NCBI RefSeq assembly: GCF_037042905.1 | Contig: NC_087252.1 | Location: 15,564,001-15,628,000 of the forward strand | Length of the DNA: 64,000 bases | Direction: 5' to 3' | From: Lytechinus pictus | Lineage: Eukaryota | Shown: positions 14,173 through 26,380 of the stretch, one piece after another | Numbering within the stretch: position 1 is the stretch's first letter | Layout: each line of letters starts with the position of its first letter | The notes under the pieces: generated by a model | The model's input: only the letters and a program-made list of their open reading frames with translations | What the model was told of the DNA's origin: nothing | Database searches by the model: none | Position numbers and translations under genes: made by a program

Positions 14173-14836
14173 TGGTTACAAGAAGTTATTTGCACTTTGG
14201 TATTGTCATATTGGAAATTTGAAAAGAAATACTAATATGTGCTGTAAAAACGGTCTTTAGCATGTATTTTTATCAAAGATGTTAAGTTATGAATTTTTTT
14301 CTTGTTTATTATTGGAGAGAATAAAAAGATAATTTATATAGTTCTGCAAATACATGTACCACCATTATCACCACCCATTTAAAAGAACAAAGACATTGTA
14401 ATCATGTCATATTTGTAAATTTGAGCTCGTTCTTTTTTATTGTATAATTCTGTTGAGCTGATCGATACATGCCCAACAGCGATGAAGGGAAGATTACATT
14501 AGAAGCTTTCAGACCGACGTGAAGTTTGAGAATACTAGGAATTCTCTGATTTACCCAGATCAGAAATACCAAGTATTTTTGCCAGTGTGAAAGCAAATTA
14601 TTTGCAATATTCCTGAAAGAAAATACCTGTTAAATGGTAGGTCAAAGGTACAAGAACTGTTGCAGGGATTTATCCGAGGGCGTATGTATTCTGGCAGTGT
14701 GAACGCAAACCTGCACCAGCGAGTATGCTGGGTGTGGCAGAGGGTGCTTGGGTTGCCAGCTTGCTGAGCTATACTGCCCCTGCCCACAACTTCAAGAACT
14801 TACCCCCCCCCCCCCGCCCACTCCCGAAAGTGTCTG

Positions 14837-15017
14837 GGGCCGTTTCATAAAGCTGTTCCTAAGTTAAGTGTGACTTTAAGAATGCCTGGTGATCCTTTTT
14901 TGTGGTAAATGATATTCACCAATAAATGTTCATTGGTGATTATTTAGCGCGTGAGAAAGGTTCACCAGTAATTTTAAAGTCGTACTTAACTTAAAAACAG
15001 CTTTATGAAACAACCAC
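14837..15017. mobile_element. Harbinger-like MITE family A, copy 2
   Basis: TIRs as in copy 1, with CTG on both flanks (14834-14836 and 15018-15020). Confidence 0.88.
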
Positions 15018-15020
15018 CTG

Positions 15021-15149
15021 GAGCCCGTTTCATAAAGGACTTGCAACTGTTGTAACTTTGCCATTATGGCAACTACCATGGAAACCTTGATTATGATTGG
15101 CTGCAGAGCCCTGTTAGTTGCCATTACAAGTCCTTTATGCAACGGGCCC
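15021..15149. mobile_element. Harbinger-like MITE family B
   Basis: TIRs gcccgtttcataaaggacttg / caagtcctttatgcaacgggc, with CTG on both flanks. Confidence 0.85.
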
Positions 15150-15810
15150 CTGGTTCGGTAGGTATGAATGTGGGAAATGATTATCGGGTTTTTTAGGCTC
15201 GAACAAGCTCTCGTAAATTCATGGGTATTCTCGTGATCGAGACGGTCTGAATACTCATATTGAAGCATTAATAGAGCCATGAGCTCGGTGGGACCCCTCG
15301 GAGACCACCAGGTACAACGATCTGATATTTGTCTCTGATACTGTCTTAGCCCGAAGCGTGCAATCCACTCGCACTAAATATTGATCATGCTCAAACACAC
15401 ACACATCATACAATCTTTTAGATGAGGTTTAGAATGTTTCATCACAACATGAATAAATCCCACTGCCTCATGCCTCTGGGCGCTGTATCTTTTCTTCATT
15501 CTCATTCAAATGAACGATGAGATATTTTTCTCCGAGAGAGAAGGAGAAAGAGGGACATATCCACTGCTGTAGGCTTCATGAGTAACATACCCAAAAGGCT
15601 GAAATTACCAAAACAATTAATCAAGCTTTCCTAACTCTATCTTTTCATCTCTGTTAAAGTATTACTGGAGAGTTTGACAGGGATGCAATAAGTTGTCAAT
15701 ATTTTTCACTGGAGGATTGTGCGTCCCTAGGGTAAAATCAATTAAGAGTAACAGTGAGTTGCGTTGATGGCATTCAGGTAACCTCTCGTAATGTATGGGC
15801 TTCTCTTACA

Positions 15811-16190
15811 GGTAATTGCCACTTGGTCTACAACCAGTTGGTCTACATTCCATTTGGTCTCATCCAACATGGTCTCATCCTAGTCCCTCTAGAACCAATT
15901 ATTCTACTAACCATTTGGTCTAACATGGTCTAATCCTAGATTATCTACAACCACTGTGTCTATATGCTTTCCATTTGGTCTCATCCCATATGGTCTAATC
16001 CTTGTTTGTTCACTATACGTTTGTCTACTTCCAATTTAGTCTTGCTTGTCTAATCTTATTTCTTCTACTATCCATTTAGTCTTATCCCCCATGGTCTAAT
16101 TCTAGTTTATCTACCACCAGTTTGTCTAGTAATTTCTTATCCCACACGGTCTAATTGTAGTTCCTCTATGTTCCATTTTGTCTAATTTCC
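15811..16190. repeat. Degenerate array of short (t)tggtcta-core units
   Basis: About 20 imperfect units of roughly 17-22 bp sharing ggtcta/tgtcta; probably the internal array of a transposon. Confidence 0.75.
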
Positions 16191-17257
16191 TGATTTTTAG
16201 GCTATTTTGTAGATGTTCTAAAATATGAATGATATTGGTGTCTCCAACATTACAATCTTCCAAAAGCTTAGTGACCAATTTTTTTCACCCATTTATCCTT
16301 TTTGCACCCAATATCCTTTTTGAAATTTTGAAATGTGCATTTGAGGAAACTTTATGCCCTCTATTGGAAATGTTTTTAAACTGATATTTCTAATAAAAAG
16401 GCCTTTCTCACAATTATCTTACATACTCATCAGCCAACTGATTGCTATTCACTCAAGCATTTTGCTTACGATAAATAAAGAGTTGAAAGTCAATCTTCAT
16501 CTTTTTGGCTTCAGATATCATATTCCCACCCCATTAATGCCAATAATACTCCAAACACTTCACTTCTGAAAAAAGGGTAATGCTAATTCTTGGATTACTT
16601 GATTGACAAATTATTCAGCCCCAGAGCTAAATAGTGGCAGAAGGATTCTCAATTGAGAAAAATCATTACTGAGTCGAAATCTAGTTTGACATCGATCGAC
16701 ATTTAACAACTCCAAATGCCAGGTGTCTCCTTGAAGATGAGTTATTTTTAACTGAAGAAAATACAATAGTAAAAGGAAAAAAAAGCTGGTGTATTTCATT
16801 TAAAAAGTGTCAGAAGACAAACACACATTAATTTACTACATTGTTACTTCCACATATATGTTCTTGTTCACAGATTGGTTTGTGGACTTGCAGGTCATGG
16901 GTTCAATTCTCTATAGATATTCTACTTCCCTGAAAAACTCCTTTGCTGAAGTGAAAGTTTGATATTTATTCGAGAAGAGATATAGCCACTATATTTCACC
17001 ATGTATGCTATAGACATAAAGATAAGACAAATCACATCAAATCAGTGTATTACTATGAAAATAGCTTAGAATAAAAAGTTTCTATCAATTTCTATTCTAT
17101 GCTTTATTTTACTGAAATGATCATTAACCAAATCATTGAGCACACTTAAAACACACTTCAAAATCTTTGCTTAAAAAAAAACTGGGGGGGGGGCTTTAAA
17201 TCAGTTCCAAGTGAAGTTTCTTGAGAGTATATTGATGAAGACGTGATGCTCCCATCT

Positions 17258-17659
17258 CCCTACAAGAAAGAGTACAGTGTTCCAGTGTGTGACACAGTGT
17301 GGAACACAATGTGAAATCACCTTCACACTGTTAAATTCGAGCATTTCAACAGTGTAAATCACATATTCACAAAGTCGACCATGTGAACACGCTCAGAACA
17401 GTCACATTGTTGAGGTATCCACAGTGTGAAAATATCTTCACACTGTTAAATTTGAGCATTTCAACAGTGTAAATCACATATTCACAAAGTCGACCATGTG
17501 AGCACGCTGTGAACAGTCACACTGCCGAGGTGTCCCCAGTGTGAAAAAATCTCCACACTGTTGAATTTGAGCATTATAGCAGTGTGAATAATATTTCACA
17601 TAGTCCACTATGTGAACACACTGTGATCACACTGTGTGACGCTGTTCTTTCTATCAGGG
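17258..17659. mobile_element. CCC...GGG-ended non-autonomous element with an internal tandem array of about 117 bp units (EnSpm-like)
   Basis: Ends ccctacaagaaagagtacagtg / gctgttctttctatcaggg with about 3 cacactgt/acagtgtg-rich units. The same family occurs at 35361-36164. Confidence 0.75.
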
Positions 17660-17919
17660 ATATGCCTGTATGGGGATAAAAATTGAGATTTATTATTAAA
17701 TCCAGAGGGCATGTTCTCCCTTTGACATAATGATGATCAATTTCATCATGCAATTTGAGCAAACTTGGCAAGTATTGATTAGATGTTCACTATTTTCCCA
17801 TATCCAATTTCACTGTACATTATCTGAAGACATGCATGTTGAAGACTTGATTTGAGATGTTTGGTGATGATGAATTTTTACTTGATTGCTATTGAAAGTA
17901 GGAGTGCTTGTTAGGAAAT

Positions 17920-18010
17920 AAAGCCTTGCCAAAGGGCACCATTGCAACAAGTGGGAATGCAACCTGGGTCACCTGGTATTAAAAACTATTGCTCTACCAA
18001 CTGAGCTAAT
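17920..18010 (-). mobile_element. SINE 5' fragment (tRNA head)
   Basis: Minus strand reads tagctcagttggtagagc (A-box), then a degenerate B-box and gccctttggcaaggc. Confidence 0.55.
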
Positions 18011-18219
18011 GCATGGATTCTGGGAATACATATCTAATTCAATGTTTAACTCAATTTTAATTTATGTCTTTAATACAATTGTTTTCACAGTCTTTTTTTA
18101 GATTTATGTTTAGATTATATTGTAAAAAAAGACCATTGTGTTGCTATGGTTCATCGATTATAGGGAAACATTTTACTTGCATCTGACCTGGAATGAATAT
18201 GTTAATGCCCGATTGTCAT

Positions 18220-18858
18220 ACTTAACCAGAAATAGTTCATTTCAAGTCCAATCATTGTCTTCGGAATCCCTTGTTGCTTTCGCTTGGCCCGTGCCCACTT
18301 GACCGTGATGATGGGTCGTACGAAGGGACCTTTGTCAATGACTGTGCAGAGGGAATCCTTCATTGACCACATATCCACAAGCTTCCGCTCTTCTCGTCTC
18401 CTCGGGCAATCTGCTCAAGCAGCAAGCATTGTTTGTGGCTGGTTAGTTTCCCCTGATGAAGGTGAGCCGATGTTTGCCCGTTTTCTTTTGGTTGGTCTTG
18501 TAGGTGACGAGCTCGAGGCTTCCCCAAAGGCAAGGTCTGGGATGAGAAGGAGACAATGTAGGAGAGGTTCGATACCCTGAGGCTATAGTAATGCTTTCCA
18601 TGGCACTGTGCATGACTGCTCCCCCCTAATGGACGCCAAGAACAAAAGAAGATGGAAATGGCCCTAAGCGTGTCTCCTAAAAGAACTTGCTTTAACATTT
18701 GGATATATGTCTTGTTAGCAACCGGTCAGTCATCAATAGGAATTATTACATTTTGAAGTACTTGTACTTTTGTTGACCGGTTCTAAAGCTCAGAATATTT
18801 TGAGTTGAATTGGAATAGGTTGAATCGTCGCTTTATGTTTATTTATATATCATTATGA
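18220..18858 (-). other. Candidate exon 5' portion, possibly a terminal exon extending to about 13250
   Basis: Strong acceptor ccgccttttctatttttcAG (AG at 18860-18859) followed by unique GC-balanced sequence. All three frames stop within 6 codons of the acceptor. Confidence 0.4.
18443..18613 (-). CDS. Candidate small ORF of 56 aa (52 aa from the second ATG at 18601): MHSAMESITIASGYRTSPTLSPSHPRPCLWGSLELVTYKTNQKKTGKHRLTFIRGN
   Basis: The second ATG has a strong Kozak context (gccATGg) and lies within the candidate exon. No homologue recognised. Confidence 0.2.
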   Translation of the reverse strand: MHSAMESITIASGYRTSPTLSPSHPRPCLWGSLELVTYKTNQKKTGKHRLTFIRGN

Positions 18859-19069
18859 CTGAAAAATAGAAAAGGCGGCATCAGATTAAAAACAGTTCTT
18901 CACATCAAAGCATGGATATGCAGCAATGATGTAAAGACTATGCAAGAGATGTTAAAATTACTATTTACTTACATGTCCTTCACAAGCATTTTATGTTTCT
19001 TTCAATTATATTTAGGGAATATAACGGGCACATGTATGTCACACCAAAGTTTGCCTGTAAATAGTAGTG

Positions 19070-19356
19070 ATAACAATAATAATAATGATAATAATATAGG
19101 GTATTTATATTGCGCACATATCCACCTTGTTAGGTGCTCAAGGCGCTCCTTTATTACCCGGCTAAGCTAGGCGTTCATAGCGCACACAGCTTTTTAAGGA
19201 ATTACTTCCTACCGGTACCCATTTACCTCACCTGGGTTGAGTGCAGCACATTGTGGATCAGTTTCTTGCTGAAGGAAATTACGCCATGGCTGGGATTCCA
19301 ACCCACGACCCTCTGTTTCGAAGTCCGAAGACTAATCCACTGGGCCACAACGCTCC
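19070..19356 (-). mobile_element. Near full-length tRNA-derived SINE
   Basis: Head ggagcgttgtggcccagtggattagtc...gggttggaatccc carries A and B boxes. It has a central cccaggtgaggtaaatgggtaccgg core and an (ATT)n tail. Confidence 0.88.
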
Positions 19357-19359
19357 ATA

Positions 19360-19586
19360 TAATAATAATATGCAGCAGTTAATTAGTGCTCTAATACAAT
19401 GTTCATAGGTGCTTTATACTCAGCTTTAGCACATCAACCTTAATCAGGTGCTCAAGCATTTTAAGGAATTTGTTCCTTTCGGTTACCCATTAAACTACAC
19501 CTGGGATGCAAGTGCTGTGGAGGGTTATGAACCCCTGACCTTGTGGTTCAAATTCCGAAGACTTGTCCACTCAGCCAGAACGCCTC
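19360..19586 (-). mobile_element. Second, older and internally deleted copy of the same SINE
   Basis: Shares ttttaaggaatt..ttcct..cggt.acccatt, cacctggg and tccgaagact..tccact with 19070-19356. Confidence 0.7.
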
Positions 19587-20412
19587 TTGTTGGAGGAGAG
19601 GGTGTGTGTGTCGGGGGGGGGGGGGGCTTTAATTGAAATAAAGGAATGAGTAATGAAGGATTAGTGTATATTGATTAATTCATAGCTTTGGGCTTGCCTG
19701 TAGGGTTATAGCCTCTGTTTCAACTCTTCCATTCATATATATATATCATATACATATTCCAAATATAAAAAAAAGGAAAAATAAGAGTGGATTATATTTG
19801 AGAAAGTGTTTTATCCACATATGCCTTGTGCCAAAAATATTGAAATGCACTTTCTTTTTACATAACTTTCTAAAACAAATCAATACATCCTCTTGATGTC
19901 ACTCCAAACGGAGTGAAAAAAAATAGTGCAAATTTACTTTTTTCAATATGTAGGCCTATTCGGACGGGTTAGATATGATCCAAAATGTGTTTTTTTTTTG
20001 CCCGTGTAAATGAGCCTTCTTTTGCTTTTTGCCCAAGCCGGCCACAAGCTACAGTCTTGGATGTTTTCTTTTGATCTCACCTTTTGGTTTTTGTTTTAAT
20101 TTGCTCTTCCCTTGAATTCCTCGTTAGAATCCGAGCTAATGGATTTTAGAAGAGTCTTATCCCCCGTCTCCCCTTCTCTCTCGTTCTCTGCCTCACTCTC
20201 CGTTTCTCTCTGTTTTCTTTTGGAGGAAATTTGAGCAAATGAGTATTTAAGCCTAAAGTGTTTGTATTAAAAGCAAAGTAAGATTGACAGCGGATGTATC
20301 AGAGATGGTACGAGAGGAGTAAAAAGGGGGAATGGCTTTATCTGTGAAGGTAAAGGACAAGAATAGAGGTATTTGAAAAATCTTGGTAGTTTCACAGCAA
20401 CAGTATACATAC

Positions 20413-20659
20413 CAGTGAAGTAATGAGCTCAAAATTTTGAGGGGCTAGAATATGGCATGTCATGTAAAATTCATAAAAATGTTGAGTTTTATTACAAAAA
20501 TAAAATTTTGTGATAACTTTTGACCTAACATTCAGAAAGTGGTATCATATTTCACCCTTTTCTCTTTCCTTTCCTTTCTGTTTCTTTTTTTTTCTTGGTC
20601 GTGAAAATTTTTGGAAGGGGATAAGAGTCCCCCCCCCCCCCCGCATCTGTACGCCACTA
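20413..20659. mobile_element. hAT-like MITE of the CAGTGGCGTA type
   Basis: cagtgaagta left end; C-run plus tacgccacta right end. Confidence 0.55.
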
Positions 20660-21339
20660 ATACATACAATTCATTTCCCTCTGTTGGCTGTACGTTCTCT
20701 ATTTAAATTGTCTGTGAATTCTAATTTCTTTTATATTTTCCCTCCATTTCTTCAGGCTTTATCTGTAAAGGTAACAGAGATATAGAGCTAATGACTAATA
20801 ACTAACAAAAAACAAAACAATCTAAACAAACTGAAAATCTCAGGAGTTTCTCAGGTGCAGTATTCCAAATTCATCCCTGCATGCCTGTACATTATTCATT
20901 TTATGTGACTTTTATTTCAATTTTTCCATCCTTCTGCATACATTTCTGTTTCATTCCTAATCCTATTTCGACCCAGACTTCATGTGCCTCTCTTAAAACA
21001 TACTCCTCTTCTTGCCTTTCCTATAAATGTTTCAAGGTTTCTCTCTTATTTCCATTTATTTTTTTTAGGTGAGGAAAAGATAATTCCGTTACAGTGTGTA
21101 CATAGCCTAGATTAGAATCACTTTGTGTCATCTAGCATTCTTTCTATTTCTAGGATTTGTAATCCTTAATGGATCTAAAATAGCCTCTAATTTCAGTTAA
21201 TCTTAGAATAGATCAGTAATAGGATATGCCTAGAATCCATTAAGTCAAATAGGATGAAAATAGAGACACTGTTTTTCAAGTGGGAAGTTGATTTCTACAG
21301 TTATTGTGTTACCACTCAACATCACCTCTAGGGGCCTAC

Positions 21340-21565
21340 AGAGTGAAAACTTAAAAATTTAAATATTTCATACAGTGTTGGTTACTAAAATGAACCTTAC
21401 AATAGTTGTTTAAGCAGTTTAAACAATTGTTTAAAATCTTAAACAACAAAGTTTCATTTTTTGTATTCTCAATAAAATTAAGCATGGTTGTTTAAAACTG
21501 TTAGCAACTTCTGTAAGGTTCATATTGTTCAGTGTTGTATAAAATTTTAAACAGCATTTTTATAT
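21340..21565. mobile_element. Degenerate palindromic MITE rich in tttaaac motifs
   Basis: atgaaccttaca / tgtaaggttcat inverted pair within a broadly self-complementary block. Confidence 0.5.
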
Positions 21566-21589
21566 ACTATACAGAACACCCAAGGGAGA

Positions 21590-21895
21590 CCAAACAGCAA
21601 AACATGTGGTGTTGATTGGTGTACATATAGAGAGGACACACCAGTTGCCTACTCTGGTGTTAATTTTATTTTATGTTGATTCAACACCACTGGGTGTTAT
21701 TTAAATACCTTTGCTTGTTACTTGTACACTTTTTGGTGTTAGTTCAACACCTATGGGTGTTGTTACACACCTTCAGTTGTTACTTTAACTCTCTTTGGTG
21801 TTACATTCAACCCCTAAGGTGTAATGTTAACACCTCAGGTTATGGTGCTCTAGGAACACCAACTGGTGTCAGTTTTAACACCCTAGTTTTCAGTG
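21590..21895. mobile_element. taacacc/ggtgtta-motif MITE
   Basis: Ends aacaccctagttttcagtg|ta; homologous to 9511-9751 in the opposite orientation. Confidence 0.65.
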
Positions 21896-24800
21896 TAGAA
21901 AAGAGGGTGTATACATGCAAGGTATATAACCTGTGGTTTGACATCATTTTAAAGGGAATCATCAGAAATTTTAAAGCTAAATCTCTTTTTAATTGATATT
22001 TCACATTGAATATATTGATCTGTACTCATCAATAAAAAAGTAAGTTCCCCCTTAATCAGAATGCTGATAATTTTTTAATGGAAGAATTTTAATTTTACAG
22101 GTGTTTTCTTTTTGTTCATCCATCCAGCAACTTCTGGGATAAAATGATATTCATAGGTTGAGGCATACGTGAGTGAACAAAGTAAATAGTCACAAGAGTT
22201 GGCCTAAATTCTACGGAGTTGGAAAAAATTTGATTCTTTTTTTTTTGGTGCTTAAGATGTTTTACTATCCACCATTTAACCACTCCACACACATTTTGGT
22301 AAAATACTTTCATGGTTGAGTGAGCATAATTTTCAGAGGTGTATCATCATAAGGGTTTGAGGAAGCACCCATCTATAATTTCAAAGCCACTCATTGACCG
22401 TTAAAATCAGAAAATGTTAGCAATAGATTTTTGATTCACAATAAATCACCGACCAGCGAGCAAACCATTTACAACTGTGTATAAAATCTACATTAGATGT
22501 GGACTTATCAAAATGTGAAATGATGTTCTCGACTATTTTACTATGTTTAAAACTTCTGATTTTGCCCTATATTCAAGGTAACTGCTCTTTCCATGATTAC
22601 ATACATTGTAATCACAGCAGATGGCATATCTTTTTAAAGAGGATTGATGAAGCTTTTGAAAGAGTTTGATTTTTAAAATGAAATTAAGTTTATTCTAGTC
22701 AAGTATATCAATATGTGACACTCTCCATATTGCCTTCATTGATATTTGGATATTTGTGATCTTTGATTACTTTTCTCCCGGGCCTCATTCTTCCTCTTAA
22801 ATCGTTTCATTTATTATATGATTTTACATGACATGTGTATGTATGTATGTAAACCATTTGTTGTACACATGTCATTTTTGACCATTTCTTCTTCTTGTCA
22901 ATGTGAATAAAAACCGGTATTATGGATCAGTATACTCTGATCATCTTTTCATCTCAGAATGTTTACATCTACTCGGGCTCAAAATAAATCAAATATACCG
23001 GTCGTCTTTTTTTCTCCCTTCTCCCTTTTTTTCCTCTGTCAAATAAAAGTGCTCGCAAGACACCTGCAATGGTATTCTTATGATGCTTCATTTGCTACCT
23101 TCACTGAATATATATAGTTGATTCTCTCGACAAAACTCGGCAATCCTCATCCGCTCGCGATCATTGATGCTGAGTGTCCGCCAAATATTTCCCTAATTGG
23201 AGCCAGCCTCTAGGGGGAGACTGTCAAATTGTGCCTGCTCGCTGCGTAGATTTCCATTGGTAAACGTCTATTTCAAATGATAGCAAACACAGCTCTGTAT
23301 TTTTTTCTTCTGAAGACGTTCGCGTTGATGTTTTCCTTTTCTAGACAAGCGAAGATGGTGGCATCCCGGGACCTGAGTATGGTGGGTCATTGTAATGACA
23401 TTTGGATGTAAATTTTACGCTCCCAATCGGCCAGTTGCGGTATCAGATAACCGATATTGTAGCGAGAGGTGCGAGAAATTGCTCAATTAAGAGCGAGGCT
23501 GAGGGAATGTTCCTTAGAATATCCTCACCGGTCTTTGGACCTCTTCAGTCTTCTAAAACTATCCCCCTTTTCAAGATTTATTCATTCAGGCCAGAATTTA
23601 CTCCCCCTTAAAAAATATACTATTACATTCTTGTTATTATTGTAAGTGGCAGAAGAGATTTAAAGTGTTGCTGGGATTCAGATATTTTTTATTAAAATTG
23701 TTTTTTTCTGCCGTAATATCAAAGTGATATTCCAGTTTGGGAATGATGAAAAGATTATTGTGAGTTTCAGGTCAGATCCTTTCCATGATATTTAGGAAGA
23801 ATGTCATAAAAAATGGTCCAAGGAATTTCTCTTGTCTTCAAATTTCCCCTTTTAGTTTAACAAAGAATAGAAAACGGCTTAAAGTGTTGGGATAATAATT
23901 TGTATTTTTAATGTACATTTATTTGTGTGCACAGTGCTTGCCTCTTGGAGCAGAATCGTAAGGAGTTCAAGATATCATTATTATGGTAATTCCTAACATT
24001 TTAAGCAATCAGCAATTCCTAGTTGCATTATAAATAGATAAAACAGAGTTCCCACTCACTTTTGAGACAATTTCATTCACAATTAGGCTCGCAACCAGAA
24101 TTAAATGTTATCAGTTACGAATGAACTTTGAAAAATAATTTACAGCACTCAGCAGTTCTTAGCAGCATTATAAATCAAAAACATTTTTAATCACCCATGA
24201 GACAATTTCATTTGCAATTAAAGCTCACAAAAAGAATCAAATGTTGCACACAAATATTCATACCAATGATACATGAATTTCCACTTAGGATTTTTATTGA
24301 CAATACGTTTCTTTCAACAATGTGGTTTGGAATCATGAATATTAGGAGAAACTTGATATTTTTCATGGGTTATTAGGATCGTTTAACCATTTTTATTTCC
24401 CACAATGCAATCACCATGACTATTCTAGGAATCCCCTCTGTAACACATTGGGATACAGATCTAAGCATTTCTTTGACAGGATTTAACCAAGACATACCCT
24501 GAGAATAATTGAGCAACCTGTATATGGTTCAAATATGAAATAACTACCCGTTAACTAAAGACTGCATGCACAAGTAATCAAAATTATTTTTAACCAACAG
24601 TTGGTCAGTTCATATTTTAACCAACTTCTTGGGTTGGTTAAAATCTGATAACATAGATGAAGTATTCTCTAAAAACTGTTCTTCCATGTCAAGCAGATAG
24701 TGTGAACACACCTGTACGAGGAACTATGGAGTGTGAACGAACCCAGTCACGACGCCTTAATCTTAAAATGGATTGAATAGATGTGAAAATAGGATATGAG

Positions 24801-25201
24801 TAAATGAAGCGTAGAGAGGGAGGTACTCCCATCACTTAAGACAAGGCAGACGTGTCTCACGTATTCTGGTATAATCTAATCAATAAACATGCTCGTCTTG
24901 GTAACAGAAGGAACTTAGCTCATTCCTTAACCTGAATTGCAGCAGAGAGATTTTCCTCTCATTTATATTATATCTCTTTTTACTTTAGTTTGGGGAGATG
25001 GGAGATTCAGTCCTCTCCCATTAAACAGATGTTTACTACCGCAAATTGTAGGTATGTGACATTTAGCATATTTAAAGGAGGAAATGAACTTACCAACACT
25101 GATTGCGTGTTATACATGTAAATAGTCTTAAAATAAATCTTTTGAGAGAACTATTTATAATACATACGATAAATAGGCTTTTGATTTGATTATGTATAAT
25201 G

Positions 25202-25372
25202 TTAAGTGCCATCGAGTCGATTTCGACTCCTGGTGACCCCACGCACATACATTCTCCATGCTGTTCTATCCTGTGAAAGCATGCTCAGTTCTCTCAAAGG
25301 TTTTCCAGTTTCTTTGGTGATTCCTTCCAGCCATCTATTCATCTGTCTTCCTCTACTCCTTCTGCCTTGTAT
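25202..25372 (-). mobile_element. 5'-truncated RTE-clade (BovB-like) LINE, 3' end of the RT ORF
   Basis: Minus-strand translation QGRRSRGRQMNRWLEGITKETGKPLRELSMLSQDRTAWRMYVRGVTRSRNRLDGT* matches the RTE C-terminal pattern (GRRxRGRQxxRWLDGI...DRxAWR...SRxRL). Confidence 0.85.
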
Positions 25373-25416
25373 AGAGAAACCAAAACATTGTGAAAGAAAA
25401 AGTTCTTGTTTAGCTA

Positions 25417-25654
25417 CACTCTAAATTCCAAGGATTTAAAATAAATCCAGATCGGCTGTGAATAGTGACCTGCCGAATTTTGAATTCATTTCAAATCAGA
25501 AGGATTAACTTTTAAATCTCTGAAGATTTAAATTCAAATCTTTCAGATTTAAATATTTAAATTTACAATGTTTAAATCTAAATCTAATATTCGGCTGGTC
25601 ACTATTCACAGCTCACCGACCTGGATTTATTTTAAATCCTTGGAATTTATAATG
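25417..25654. mobile_element. CACT-ended MITE with long TIRs
   Basis: aaattccaaggatttaaaataaatccag...gctgtgaatagtgacc is mirrored at the right end, with TA flanks. A second copy lies at about 40347-40865. Confidence 0.8.
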
Positions 25655-25982
25655 TACTTGGTACTTATTCATTGAACTATGAATGTATTGTGTAGTGAAT
25701 TAGTGTACTTTTATTTAAGTGGGCCTATATTACAAGACTGCACAACTCAGAATGTTGCATTATGGGTTAGCAGCCTGGCCATATTGAGTATTTTAGGACC
25801 TGAGGTGGTGCAATACAAAGCTGCTGCAGTTTGTAATTGCTTTAAAATCAAAAGGCCTGTTTTTTTATTATTACCATACGTGGAATTTGATGTGTAGAAA
25901 AAACAAAGATTAGAATTTGTGGAAGTGGTTTAAGGTGCACAACGTTGTGAGTCTTATAGAAGGACTAAGAAGGTGGATAGAA

Positions 25983-26380
25983 CAGACCTGCCAACTAGTA
26001 CATTTTTTGGCGTATTTAGTACATTTTTACAACCAAAATACGGCAGTACGTTTTTTTCTTTAAGAAATACGTTTTTGTAAAAAAAAAATCGTAATTTACT
26101 GAGAAAAATCATCTTTATATGTCTCTATTTCGTAAAACTTACACAAATATGGTTATAAGATCAATGTAATTTCAGGTAACTTTTTTTTTTCAATCATTTT
26201 GTTAAAACCAGAGTGAGATATACACATGTTTAAATGTATTTTTTATAGCTTGCATGCAGCTTGAGCGCCGCAATGAGTGAGTGCGCCACGCATTTTATTA
26301 TGAAATACACTTTTTTGGGGAAAAATACAGTTGTTTTATCACAGAATACAATTTTTCATTCCCAGAGGTTGACAGTTCTG
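25983..26380. mobile_element. hAT-like MITE
   Basis: TIRs cagacctgccaac / gttgacagttctg with subterminal aatac(g) motifs; flanks read atagaa / atagag. Confidence 0.7.

Larger units (their letters stand above)
14502..15256. mobile_element. Old TIR element (about 420 bp native length) interrupted by two younger MITEs
   Basis: TIR ttcagaccg / cggtctgaa. Collinear with the uninterrupted copy at 49453-49875 on both sides of the insertion at cccgaaagtgtctg. Confidence 0.75.

Noticed and set aside
14402..14787. ORFs sharing ICFHTGKN and LKLxVG with the ORF at 49360-49578, suggesting paralogous proteins
   Set aside because: The similarity is explained by two copies of a short TIR element, and the reading frames are broken differently in each copy.
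15811..16190. Short repeated units resembling a CRISPR-like array (also 30655-31045 and 55600-56040)
   Set aside because: The units are degenerate tandem repeats without constant repeats plus unique spacers; the context is eukaryotic and there are no cas genes.
17258..17659. Multiple CACAGTG heptamers suggesting RAG recombination signal sequences (also 35361-36164)
   Set aside because: There is no nonamer at 12/23 spacing, and the heptamers are part of the satellite unit.
18200..18430. Minus-strand frame reading MLAA-TGA-ADC..., a possible selenocysteine UxxC motif
   Set aside because: No thioredoxin-fold similarity and no SECIS element identified; most likely chance.
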